This document shows, piece after piece, positions 1 to 11,225 of a DNA stretch of 64,000 nucleotides. The stretch covers positions 1,798,001-1,862,000 of the forward strand of contig CDPCPM010000049.1 of assembly GCA_976551045.1 (NCBI GenBank), in the 5' to 3' direction. Source of the stretch: Glaucostegus cemiculus (taxonomy: Eukaryota). Each line of letters begins with the position of its first letter. Position 1 is the stretch's first letter. The notes beneath the pieces are model-generated. The model was not told where the DNA came from, made no database searches, and saw only the letters and a program-made list of their open reading frames with translations. Position numbers and translations under genes: made by a program.

Positions 1-2527
1 GTAATTAGCATAAGAGCCTGCTGGATCCCTGGTCTTGAATATTTATCTGAAAAACACAGCTCTAGCTCAGTTCTAAAATCACAGAATTTGTCAGTAACCT
101 CCACAGCTAGATTAAAGTCACAGTATATCCAAATTGTGCTGTTGATGGATTTCTCCAATATTTCAGTGACTGCTGCCAGCTGAGGCATAAAGTTGTTTCC
201 TCGAGGTTGTGAGGTACCATTTCTGGGAAGCTAATGTGAAGAGTGTACTCAGGGGGGAAGTGTTGAGAATAAGACACATGATCAAAAAAAACTGAACAAT
301 TGCAGGAGTTGGTTGTACACTTAAGAGAGTGATACATCAAAGTTACTGTCATCTTTAAACTGCAGTAATAGAGCTAGTATACCTGTCCAAGCTGTGTTTT
401 ATTGAACATGAACATGTGTAGATGGTAACCCCCATTGCCGATGTCCTCAGGATCCAGATCACCTGTCTTATCATCCCAATGTTTTCAGTTTGACTGACAC
501 TGCTTCATTCCCATTCCAGCCTTCCCTGGCCCAAATCCCTCTCCTGTCCCAACCCACCTCCCCAAGATGCTCCTTACTCCACCAATCCAACCTTGACCCA
601 AGATCCTTGCCACCACCAGTGCCTTTGCACTCTCTCACAATCTGCAGACAACTGGCTTCCTCTGTTTGCCTCACTGGGGCAGTGCTACCCAAGAACAGGC
701 CTGTTGCACTGTACAATGTCTTCTGCCTTGTGACGATTTGGAGACCAATGGCAAACCAGGCACAAGCTGTCCTGCTCTCAAACTGGGCAAAGCTACTTTA
801 ATGCACCTTTTTAGGCAAAGCGCAATTTCTAACTCCAAACGTCACTAATTTTTCCTCATCCTTCAGAAAACTTCCTCTTGTTTGACTACTTTTGCAGCCT
901 GAATGCTTCTTTTTTGCCCACTGCACTCTCCCATGCATTCTGGATAACAGGCCATCTCATTCAACTTTTAACTACTATTGAAGCACTTTAACAATTTGTT
1001 TATTGTTTAAAGTTTTTGGAGGTATAAGCACAATTATAATTTACCGAATTGGTGATGTAGTTAAATGTATTACTATGTGATAATTCAAGCACGACCTTTG
1101 AAAAGTAACAATCTTTTCCAAATCCTTCCTGAACCAAAATAAAATCCCTCTAATGTAATGGACAAAGAGTGGAGCATTGGGTTTATGTGCTGGAGTAAGC
1201 GTTAATTGACAGTGGGATATTGCATCACTGTTGTGGGCCAGGGAGTTGTCAACTGCATCAGTATACACTTTCGGAAAGGGCAGAAAGAAATGCAAAGTGA
1301 TTAGGAAGGGGGGAGGGAAGGAATGGAACAATAGTATCTTTTTAACTCGGTTGGAGCGCAGTGAGCCCTTATATTGTTGAGGGAGACACAGAAGAGCACC
1401 AATCTGATCTGAAAGTCTCAGAAGAGAGTCTATAAAGAAGGATGGAGAATTGGACATGGAAGAATGATTGCTGAAGTTGTTCTTGGGGAAGCGGTGGTCT
1501 GATCTATTGAACATGACAACCCTTTGATGGTAAAAATATATTTATTCTGTGCAAAAGTGCTTAAAGAATCTACTTTTAATATAAAATTCACATTTTTCCA
1601 GGGAATATGCCCCCGGACTCCCTTACAAATGAACCATCAATTTTGTGCTACCTGCCTTTCAGCTTCCCACTCGGCCTTCCAGGTACTTGTGTTTCATTAT
1701 CTCCAATGGCTATAAAGGGCTATTAGACCAGTCTTTTTTCCATGGGATGCAAAGATCCTTGTGAAGAGAAAATTCAGGCAGCGAACTATTCACTTGGCAC
1801 TCATCTCTACATTCCTCCCTCTCCCATCATTTTACTGTTAGTGGTTCACCCAGGTCAGACACTACAGAGGAAACTCTTCCCCAGTTACGCATGCCCAGCC
1901 CGTCAACTGGGTGATTCACTTTCACTTCTGAACCATTCTTGATTTGTCAGTTCTAGGGGCCAGTAAGAATTGCCATTTCTGCCAACTGTTACTCTTCCTA
2001 CCTTAAAGGTTCCAAATTTAATCCAACTCAAGAAACTTGTTTGTGACTACAACCAACCTCTACAACGGCAGATATATTAGTTGTAAGCATGTACATTCAA
2101 TATAATGACATAGTATTTAACAATGACAATAGTCACGGTTTGTTGCTTGGAATCTTGATAGTCACCTTCTGGTGACTATCGCATGCTCTCTTTTCCTCCC
2201 ACTCTGACCTACAGATTAAGGTCCTCTCCTCATGGTCAGGAGTACTGACTCTGACCCTGTACTTGAAAATACTTTGTAATCTTTGATCTTACCAAGAAAC
2301 AAGTGTTTCCTGAACTGTCATACTCCTTGTCATTTGTTCAGTGCTTTTTGTGTTGTATTACTTGGCCGTTTTCCTTCCTTTGCAGATTGAGCTATTTCAT
2401 ATCATCTTTATTTGCCTTTGCATAGATTGAGCTGTTACTTGAATTGCACACTCCATAATTACCTCAAGTTCCCTTCCAAATGTTATACAGCATGAAAACA
2501 GGCTCTTTGGCCCAGCTCTTGTTGTCT

Positions 2528-2935
2528 TGTAGCGGCCAGTATAATCAAAGACCCCACTCATCTGGGACATTCTCTCTTCTCTCCTCTTCCATCAGGTAGA
2601 AGATACAGGTGCCTGAGGGCACGCACCACCAGACTTAAAGACAGCTTCTTCCCCACTGTGATAAGGCTATTGAACGGTTCCCTTATACAATGAGGTGGTC
2701 TGTGACCTCACGTTCTACCTTGTACGACCTTGCACCTTATTGCACTGCACTTTGTCTGTAACTGTGACACTTTACTCTGTACTGTCACTGTTTTTACTGT
2801 ACTACATCAATGCACTTTGTACTAACTATGTAACTGCACTGTGTAATGAATTAACCTGTACCATTGGTTTGTAAGACAAGCTTTTCACTGTACCTCGGTA
2901 CAAGTGACAATAATAAACCAGTACCAATACCAATA
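2528..2935 (+). mobile_element. Rex1/Babar-type non-LTR retrotransposon, 3' fragment
   Basis: Translates to AASIIKDPTHLGHSLFSPLPSGRRYRCLRARTTRLKDSFFPTVIRLLN, the typical C-terminus of Rex/Babar RT ORFs. Followed by a 3'UTR ending AATAATAAACCAGTACCAATACCAATA. Confidence 0.8.
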
Positions 2936-3045
2936 CATCGGCACCAGACATCAAGCACCGGTCTGCACTAAACCTATATGCGAGGTTCATTGTCACTTTA
3001 AATCATTCAACTCCTGGTTGAATGATTTAACTCCTGGTTGAATGA

Positions 3046-4389
3046 TTAGAAAGGATTCTGAGGGATAGGATCTGTGAACACCTGGAGAGTCACAGACTGA
3101 TTAGGGACAGTCAGCATGGCTTTGTGAAGGGAAGATCTTGCCTCACGAGCCTGATAGAATTCTTTGAGGAGGTGACGAGGAAGCTTGATGAGGGCAGTGC
3201 GGTGGATGTAGTCTATATGGATTTTAGTAAGGCGTTCGATAAGGTTCCTCATGGCAGGCTTCTTCAGAAGGTCAGAGGTCGAGGCATCCAGGGGAGTTTG
3301 GCTGTGTGGATCAGGAATTGGCTTGCCGGTAGAAAGCAGAGGGTTGTGGTGGAGGGAGTGTCCTCGGATTGGAGGGCTGTGACTAGTGGTGTCCTGCAGG
3401 GATCGGTTCTGGGACCTCTACTCTTTGTTATATTTATAGATGACTTAGATGAAGGAGTGGAAGGATGGGTTGGTAAGTTTGTGGATGACACCAAGATCAG
3501 CGGTGTGGTGGATAGTGTGGAGGACTGTCGGAGCTTACAGAGGGATATTGATAGGATGCAGAGCTGGGCAGACAGGTGGCAGATGGAGTTTAATCCGGAG
3601 AAGTGTGAGGTGGTGCACTTTGGTAGGACGAACTCCAAGGCAGAGTATGAGGTAAATGGTAAGGTACTTGGCAGTGTAGCGGAGCAGAGGGATCTGGGGG
3701 TTCATATCCACAGTTCACCCAAAGTTGCCTCGCAGGTGGATAGGGCAGTTAAGAAGGTTTATGGGATGTTAGCTTTTATAAATTGTGGGATTGAGTTCAA
3801 GAGCAGAGAGGTGATGATGCTGCTTTACAAAACTCTAGTTAGGCTGCACTTAGAATATTGTGTTCAGTTCTGGTCGCCGCATTATAGGAAGGATGTGGAG
3901 GCGTTGGAGAGGGTACAGGGGCGATTTACCAGGATGATGCCTGGATTAGAGGGTATGGAATATGAGGAGAGGCTTAAGGTGCTAGAGCTCTACTCGTTGG
4001 AAAGGAGGAGGATGAGAGGGGACTTGATAGAGGTGTATAAGATATTGAGAGGAATAGATAGAGTTGACAGCCAGTGCCTCTTTCCCAGAGTGCAGATGCA
4101 CAAGACGAGAGGGCATGGCTTTAAGATATTGGGTGGAAAGTTTAGGGAAGATGTCAGAGGGAAGTTTTTCACCCAGAGAGTGGTTGGCGCATGGAATGCA
4201 CTGCCTGGGGTGGTAGTAGAGGCAGATACGTTGGACAGGTTCAAGAGATTGTTGGATAGGCACATGGAAGAATGTGGAATAGTAGGATATGTGGGAGGAA
4301 AGAGTTAGATTGTGAGACGTTTGAAGGATGGCACAACTTGGTGGGCCAAAGGGCTTGTTTTGTGCTGTATTTTCTATGGTTCTATGGTT
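3046..4389 (+). mobile_element. CR1-clade LINE, 5'-truncated, relatively young copy
   Basis: Starts LERILRDRI, carries the RT ORF, then a short 3'UTR with the GGGCCAAAGGGCTT stem-loop region and a TTCTATGGTTCTATGG tail. Confidence 0.95.
3124..4308 (+). CDS. CR1 ORF2 reverse transcriptase domain and C-terminus (394 aa open, N-terminally truncated, no endonuclease)
   Basis: Motifs GRSCLTSLIEFF, DVVYMDFSKAFDKVPH, GVLQGSVLGPLLFVIFI, FVDDTK, LEYCVQFWSPHYRKD, FFTQRVVGAWNALP. No native start, so it is part of a truncated TE and probably not expressed. Confidence 0.9.
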   Translation: MKGRSCLTSLIEFFEEVTRKLDEGSAVDVVYMDFSKAFDKVPHGRLLQKVRGRGIQGSLAVWIRNWLAGRKQRVVVEGVSSDWRAVTSGVLQGSVLGPLLFVIFIDDLDEGVEGWVGKFVDDTKISGVVDSVEDCRSLQRDIDRMQSWADRWQMEFNPEKCEVVHFGRTNSKAEYEVNGKVLGSVAEQRDLGVHIHSSPKVASQVDRAVKKVYGMLAFINCGIEFKSREVMMLLYKTLVRLHLEYCVQFWSPHYRKDVEALERVQGRFTRMMPGLEGMEYEERLKVLELYSLERRRMRGDLIEVYKILRGIDRVDSQCLFPRVQMHKTRGHGFKILGGKFREDVRGKFFTQRVVGAWNALPGVVVEADTLDRFKRLLDRHMEECGIVGYVGGKS

Positions 4390-4429
4390 TGTTTCCTCAG
4401 ACCAGAGGTGAAAATAAGCTGGTACAAGA

Positions 4430-4670
4430 CTATAAAAAGTTGAAACAGGAGTAGTCTGTTCAGCCCCTCAAGCCCAATCTGCCAATCTGTAGGATCATGG
4501 CTGATCCAACATTCCTCCAGTCCACGTCAGTGCATTTCCCCACAACTGAAACTAAGTATACCCAAGGACTCTGCCCACAGCTCTCCGTAGCAAGAAGTTC
4601 CAAAGACTTACAAAGCTCTGAGAGAAGAAATTCTTCCTCGTCTGTTTTAAGCGTATAACCCCTCATTCTG
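4430..4670 (-). mobile_element. Old CR1 3' end fragment
   Basis: Reverse strand reads like the CR1 end (…EEFLLSELCKSLELL…) plus a 3'UTR with GATCAGCCATGATC. Confidence 0.6.
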
Positions 4671-5439
4671 ACACCAGTAAACACAGGGATACACATAATT
4701 CACAGCCACATTAGGCACTGCATGAAATCACATTCTGAAATCAGTTTTACACCAATTCATTCATGTTGCATGTATAAAACCATGCTGTGCAATTGAATTA
4801 TTAGACCAATGCTAAACAAGAAAGCAAGTGAGAATTGCATGATACCGTGGCCTGAAAATTTATTTGCACCACTTTACTGCCACCAAAGCAAGTTTAGCAA
4901 TCGACCTAACAGAATTTCAAAAGTCTCTAAAAAAAAGACTTTGCAAAGTTTGTTGGTAATAGTTCAAAAAGGGTGACAGTGTGCTCCTTCATCAAACACT
5001 GCTCTGCTTCATGTTGGATTTCCTGTGTTGGTTGCACGCTTCATCTCACCTCAGGCAGTAGCCCTCATATGGTCACTCCAGAATACAACCAGCAATCCTT
5101 CTGGTATGAGGGAGTATTGGCAGGAAGTTAGTGCATGCAGCACTGGTGGGAAGGGAATCCTGCCAGAGGAAACTGATGGACCTCTGATGAATAGTGTTTG
5201 CAGAGGGAGCACTGTAGGAAGTTGCCTAGGAGACATCCGTAAGCCATGAGTGCCTGCAATTTTTCAGGGCTGTGAGTTATAGTCAAATGTTCCTTCATTC
5301 CTTTGAGGAAAGTGTGCAATAGTTGCGTTTGTCTGAAATACTCGCCAGCGAGTTTCTCGTGACCTCTTCTATACAGCAGTGAGCAGCGAAATATCACTTG
5401 GGGCATGTCTCAGCAGATGTAGGCTGACAAATCCTCAGA

Positions 5440-5785
5440 GTCATAGGGAGATATAGCATGGAAACAGGCCCTTTGGCCCACCAAGTCCATGCTGACTGTC
5501 AACTGCTCATTTACACTAATCCGGCATTAATCCCATTTTTTATTCTCCCCACCCACAATTTTACCAACTGCCCCAGATTCTACCATTCACCTGCACACTA
5601 AATGGCAATTTGGAGTGGCCAATTAACCTACCAGTCTTTGGGAAATAGGAGGAAATTGGAATACCTGGAGGAAAACCACACAGTTACAGGGAGAACATGC
5701 AAACTCCACACAGACAGCACCCTAGATCAGGATTGAACCCAGGCCTCCGGCACTGTGAGGTAGAGGCTATACAAGCTGTGCCATT
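5440..5785 (-). mobile_element. V-SINE (HE1-like) with CR1-type tail
   Basis: Minus strand has a tRNA-like head (GGTTCAATCC B-box), the V-domain GTGTGGAGTTTGCATGTTCTCCC and the CR1 tail GGGCCAAAGGGCCTGTTTCCATGCT. Confidence 0.8.
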
Positions 5786-6399
5786 GTGACACACCCACCC
5801 ACCTCACTGCCATCACCGCATCTTGATACAAGGTCTCTGTGATTCCCATTGTGAGAGCAATGTATCTTTTGCTGAGAGAAACTTGTAGGCACTGGTAATA
5901 TTCTGTCCACCAGTCTTTGACCTGAAGTGTTAACTCCAGTTCTGTTCCCACAGTCACTGCCTGACCTGCCGAGTGTTTCCAATGCTTTTGCTTTACTTGT
6001 GTTGTTTGCTGGACCAACCACAAGTAACAAAAGTATGTGGAAGAAGGGTCACCCTCCCTCTCACCTGCAAGGGGCATTTGGCTTCAATCCAATTTGGCAC
6101 GGCAGGCATTCAGAAAGGGCACTCATGCCCGTACCAATCTTCTGGACAACTTGCTGCCATATGTACCACCACTTTTGTCAAGACATCTTACTCCAGATTA
6201 TACTTGTCTCTGGTTTGAAAAGCATGGGACCACTCCCCTTTTTGCAGCATTTCTTCAGGCACTTGTGGCCCCTGGATTTGCCATTTTTGCCTTACAGCGG
6301 AGAAGGAGGCTATTCAACCCATTAAGTTCATCTCAGCTCTCAAATCAGTCCCCTTCCCCCCAGCAATTTTCCCTGCAAGGACATCTCCATCAACTCATT

Positions 6400-6930
6400 C
6401 ACACACTGGGGATGATTTACAACGGCCATTTGGCCTACTAACCTGCACAGCTTTGGGGTGTGTGAGGAAACCAGAGCACCCAGGGGAAACCCACATGGTC
6501 AAAGAGTCATACAGCATGGAAACAGGCCCTTCAGCCCAACTGGTCCATGCCGACCAATTGTCCATCCAAGCTAGTCCTATTTGCCCACATTTGGCCCGTA
6601 TTCTTCTAAACCGTTCCTATTCATGTCCAACTGCCTTTTAAAAGTTGTTATTGTACCTGCCTCAACTATTTCCTCTGGCAGCTCATTCAATGCACGTACC
6701 ACCCTCTGGGTAAAAAAAATTGCTCCTCAAATTCTGATTCAATCTTTCCCTTCTCACCTTAAACCTATACCCTCTAATTCTTGATTCCCCAATCCTGGGA
6801 AAAAGACTGCATGCATTCCTCCTATCTCTGCCCCTCATGATCATGGTCATGGGGAGAATTTGCAAAACTGAGAATTTAACCCATGTCACCGGTGCTGTGA
6901 GGCAGCAGTTCGACTAGCCACTGTGGTGCC
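6400..6930 (-). mobile_element. V-SINE interrupted by a CR1 3' fragment (6502-6841)
   Basis: V-domain halves lie at about 6400-6501 and 6842-6930. The insert is a CR1 3' end on the minus strand flanked by the 8-bp duplication CATGGTCA (6494-6501, 6842-6849). Confidence 0.8.
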
Positions 6931-8593
6931 TTTCGAGTTGGGATCTGCTGAACCCCCCACTCCCCACTTACTGGGATCCCAGTGTAAATCAATTTGAAGT
7001 TTGCTCCGGGACATATAAGCCTGACCCTGTTAATATTGTTCCATTTGAGCCTTCAGTGTTATTAAAAAGCTAGTTCTTCCATGGGTGAATGGAGGGACTG
7101 TGATTCAAACCAATCCAGAAACAAATTCTGGGCAATGCATGACTGCTGATGTCACTTGGCATGCTGGGCACAGAAACACAGCTCAAAGGTACACCAGGTC
7201 CTCACACCACATTGACTGGCATCAACTCAGGAACGTGTGCTAAATTCATTAACATTGCATTGATGTGACTTTTGACTGCATGGTTGTTTTTTGAGCTTTA
7301 CATGGACACTTTCTAGTTCGATATGCTTGATTAGGTTAAAGGTAGAGATGAGAAAAAAAGTGTATAAACTGGTAAAAAGAAGTTCGGGACTGATGTCAGG
7401 AAGCATTTCCTCATTTGGCCCAGATAACTTTAAGTTCACATTATGTAAAATAAGGGGGAATCAATTTGTCTGTTTGTTATACACCTTTGAGATTAAAGGG
7501 TGGGAATATGAAAAGGCCATCAGTCCGATCTTGCCCATTTTATGCATCACCTCTGAAGTCATCATATGATTGGATTCCGTAGGTGTCTCTAAACAAAATC
7601 TGTGCTTAGCCTTGTTTGGTAGAAGCATTTAAAGGGCTATAAGCCTTATCATGGAAGGGTTAATTACCTGTCTGTCAGTGGCTCTCCATGCGACTAACAA
7701 CAGTGCATTCACTTTTACTGTGAATTGAGTGATGATTTTCTGGCCTGCAGCTACACTCGGCTTCCTGCCGCTGCATTACAGCTAGTTTTTCGTCTCTCGT
7801 TCCATGCCCAGAGCCGGAGGATATTTAGGTGTGGTCTGACACATAGCAAAACAAATTTGGGGCTTTCTTCATGCCAGGCTATAAATCACTTTGCACTTAC
7901 ACAGTCCTTGGACGCACAGTTATTGCATGGAGCTCTCTGGTCCTGTTGTTTTGAGTGTCCAGCACCACTTAATGGACTGGAAAGGCAGGCAGACAGACAA
8001 ATGTCCCATTTACACACTGCAACAGGGCCTTGGTGGATTAGCTTGACTGCTAATAAACTAAACAAATCCACAGGTGACGGAGGATCTGTGTTTACACAGT
8101 GCCGAAATGAAAAGTCTGTCCATTGTAAGTGGTCAGAATGAATAAATAAAAAGACGTCATCATTTGGAATGCTTCCCTTGCATTTTGTTGGTGACTTTGG
8201 TTAAGTCAAACCTTTAGGGCATTTCTATTGTGCTTTCAGTGGACGATTGAATAAAAAGGAAGATTTTCTTGCATTCCCTTGTCAGTATCCTGAGGCATAC
8301 AAAAGTTTAGGACCCATTTGGGCATCTTTGAGAGGGGTCAACAGAACACAAGAAGGAAGAATAAAAAGGAACATTAAATAAACACTAAAACATACCATCA
8401 ATTGTGCCCAGAGGAAGATTTCATGCAACATGGACTTCAACTGCAAAGCAGATGAGAAGGGCATTGAACAGTTTTCACTGATATTCCGACAACATCCGAA
8501 GGATCACCATTGACCCAAACATTAAACTAGATCAATCCCATCATTGGAACAGCAGGAGCATTTACAGTTTAGAGTAAGTACAGTTCAGTTGCA

Positions 8594-8875
8594 GGCACGG
8601 TGGTGCAGCGGTTAGTGTAACACAATTACAGCACCAGCGACCCGGGTTCAATTCCGGCCACTGTCTGTTAGGAGTTCGTATGTTCTCCCCATGTCGACTT
8701 GGGTTTCCTCCGGTTTCCTCCCACATTCCAAAAGACATGCAGGTTAGGAAGTTGTGGGCATGCTGTGTTGGCCCCAGAAGCATGGCGACACTTGTGGGCT
8801 GCCCCAGAATACTCTTCATAAAAGATATATTTCACTGTGTCTTCCGATGTACACGTGACTAATAAAGATATCTGA
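8594..8875 (+). mobile_element. V-SINE (tRNA head + V domain) with Rex/Babar-like tail
   Basis: A-box-like GGTGGTGCAGCGGTTAG, B-box GGTTCAATTCC, V-domain GGGTTTCCTCCGGTTTCCTCCCACA, tail TTTCACTGTG…GTACACGTGACTAATAAA. Confidence 0.85.
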
Positions 8876-9299
8876 AGATATGCAAGTCCAAGATGTCCAT
8901 CTTATTTTCTGCGGGATTTTGGAAGTCAATGATTAAGTCACTGGCACATAGTCCCACATTTAATTCCAAGGAAGCCTGGACATGTTTTAAATTCATCTGT
9001 GATACTGTGATAGAGAATTACATTATGGATTAAAAATTGTGGATATCCCCAGAATTGCAGTGGTGCAAAAAGGCCACTTGCACCAAGTGTTGCTGAATAC
9101 GGAGTAATCATCATTGAACATCCCCAGTTCTGACCTTAAGGATGATTATTGATGAAGCAGTTGAAGATAGCTGGGTTGAACACTGGCCTCAAGGAATTCC
9201 TGCAGCGATTCTCTTGAACTTTGATATTTAGTACCACTATCTTCCTTTGTGCGAGGTATAGCTTCAGTCAGGGACAGATTTCCACTTTTGAACTTTAAA

Positions 9300-9445
9300 A
9301 ACTTTATTTATACAGCACGGTAACAGGCCGTTCTGGCCCAACAAGCCCGCACTGCCCAGTACACCCATGTTAACTGACTAACCTGTATGGCTTTGGAATG
9401 TGGGAGGAAACCAGAGCACCCGGAGGAAACCCACACAGTCGCAGG
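9300..9445 (-). mobile_element. Partial V-SINE with CR1-type tail
   Basis: Plus strand reads TACAGCACGGTAACAGGCC… then GGAGGAAACCAGAGCACCCGGAGGAAACCCAC. Confidence 0.75.
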
Positions 9446-9459
9446 GATATATATTGATA

Positions 9460-9735
9460 TTTATTTATAAGTCACATGTACAAGTGAAATGCATCTTTTT
9501 GCATTATTGAGAATGTGCTGGGAGCAGCCTGCAAGTGTCATCACTCTTCCGGTGCCAACATAGCATGCTCTCAGCTCCTAACCTGTACGGCTTTGGAATG
9601 TGGGAGGAAACTGGAGCACCCAGAGGAAACCCACGCAGACATAGGAAGAATGTACAAATGCCTTACAGACAGCGGCTGGAATTGAACCCAGGTCACTGAC
9701 ACTGTAATAGTGTTACGGTAACTGCTGTGCTACTG
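9460..9735 (-). mobile_element. V-SINE with Rex/Babar-like tail
   Basis: Its reverse complement closely matches the 8594-8875 element. Confidence 0.85.
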
Positions 9736-10384
9736 GACTTGATTGCCAATGGCTCCAGTTTTACTGGGGCATTTGGTCAAGTTTTGCCTTGATATAAAAA
9801 GTAGTCATTCCCAATTCACTTTTAGTTCTTTTGCCCATCAGCAAGTGAGTTATTGATATGTGTCCCTTAGCAGGATTGCTGATGACTTTCTCCCTCACTT
9901 AGCTGATGAATGAGGCTCCATTATTGAAGCAGTAATTGGTCAACTTGGGTTGCCAGTCTTCCTGCAATATTTTCAACTTTTGTAGGCAGGGCAGGTAACT
10001 CTGGAGCACAAATCTCTGTCCTACAACCTTGGCCATATCATGGTATCAAATTAAGTGAACAGAATTGACTGATGACTTATTATTGTGGTGGAGGAGATAT
10101 CAGAAGGAAGCTGATTGGTTACAAATGTTTAGCCTTGTCATCAGCACAGATGCAGGGCTCCTCCATCACTGATGGTGGAGCTGCTCCTGGAGCTCTTTGG
10201 CTGTTTAATTGCCCATCACCACCCCTGTCTGAATATGTCTTTATTTTTGTTCTAATTCCAATGTGAATTGATTACAGGCAAATCAACAGGTCATGGCTGA
10301 GAGGATGCTAAACACCCCAATTAACCTTCTCACAGGGTTACAGGATTCATCTATTCAAAGTGAAGTAATTGAGTACTACTTCAA

Positions 10385-10785
10385 AGACTATGGGATGAGA
10401 ACAGGAAGCAGGGGGAACCTGATAGAATTTTATAAAATAATAAAGGGGAGAGATGGGGTAAATAGGATGAATCTTTTCCATTGGTGAGGGGTCAAAAACA
10501 AGAATGCATGGGTATATGGTGAGAGGTAGGAGATTTAGAGGGAATCTAAGGGGGTATTTTTTCACACAGAGAGTTGTTGGAAACTGAAACTGCCTTAAGA
10601 GGTGGTGGAGGCTGGTACTCTCACAATCTTTATGAGCTCTTTATGATGAACTCTTGAATCTCCAGGACACGGAAGATATGGTTTCCAAATGCAGGTAAAT
10701 GGGAATAGTATCAATGGATACTTGATGGTCAGCATGGACATGATGGGCCAAAGAGCCTGTTTTTGTACTTTTGGACTCTGACTCT
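10385..10785 (+). mobile_element. CR1 3' fragment
   Basis: RGNLIEFYKIIKGRDGVNRMNLF, FFTQRVVG, and a 3'UTR with GGGCCAAAGAGCCTG. Confidence 0.8.
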
Positions 10786-11094
10786 TAAGAACTTGTTGTA
10801 ATACTTTATGCACTGTCCAAATCCTGCCCTGAGGTGTACATGTGCCTCAGCGTCAACTCTGTAGAGGAAGGGAGTGGGCTCAGACTCAAACAGTGACTGG
10901 GCATGTAATCATTGACAACCAATCTACTGAGTGCAGAAATACTGCTACACTATTTTCAGGAACAGGGAAGTATATCGTTAGGCCAATCACTTTTTATTCA
11001 GATTTATCCCCACCTGCCCCTTCATATCCACGGTCTTGCATCCAACCATGTTCCCCATCCAAACGTGTTCTCCCCCCAATTAAGTGCTCCACCC

Positions 11095-11225
11095 GAGCAC
11101 CTGCCCCATCCATTCACCTCCCATACCCAACCACCTGCCCCATCCATTCACCTCCCACACCCAACCACCTGCTCCATCCAATCACCTGCCATTCTCAACC
11201 ATCCATCTCCCCAACAACCAGCTTT
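11095..11225. repeat. C-rich imperfect tandem repeat, about 34-bp unit
   Basis: CACCTGCCCCATCCATTCACCTCCCA(T/C)ACCCAAC twice, plus a decayed third unit. Confidence 0.8.

Larger units (their letters stand above)
9060..10230 (-). mobile_element. Ancient decayed CR1-clade LINE RT fragment, interrupted by SINEs at about 9290-9735
   Basis: Minus strand shows remnants of AGIP*GQCSTQLSSTASS (a frameshifted GVPQGSVLGP region), YLAQRKIVV and DIKAKLDQ motifs. Confidence 0.6.

Noticed and set aside
3264-4265. Antisense ORFs over CR1 copies (also 53072-54309 and 57459-58486)
   Set aside because: They are shadows of the RT coding strand.
5025-5249. EYWQEVSACSTGGKG resembling an FN3 strand of contactin
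   Set aside because: The similarity is limited to a few residues, and the rest of the frame does not match recalled contactin FN3 exons.
8594-8660. tRNA-like A/B boxes as tRNA genes (also at 25080 and 36343)
   Set aside because: They are SINE heads continuing into the V-domain and do not form a full cloverleaf.
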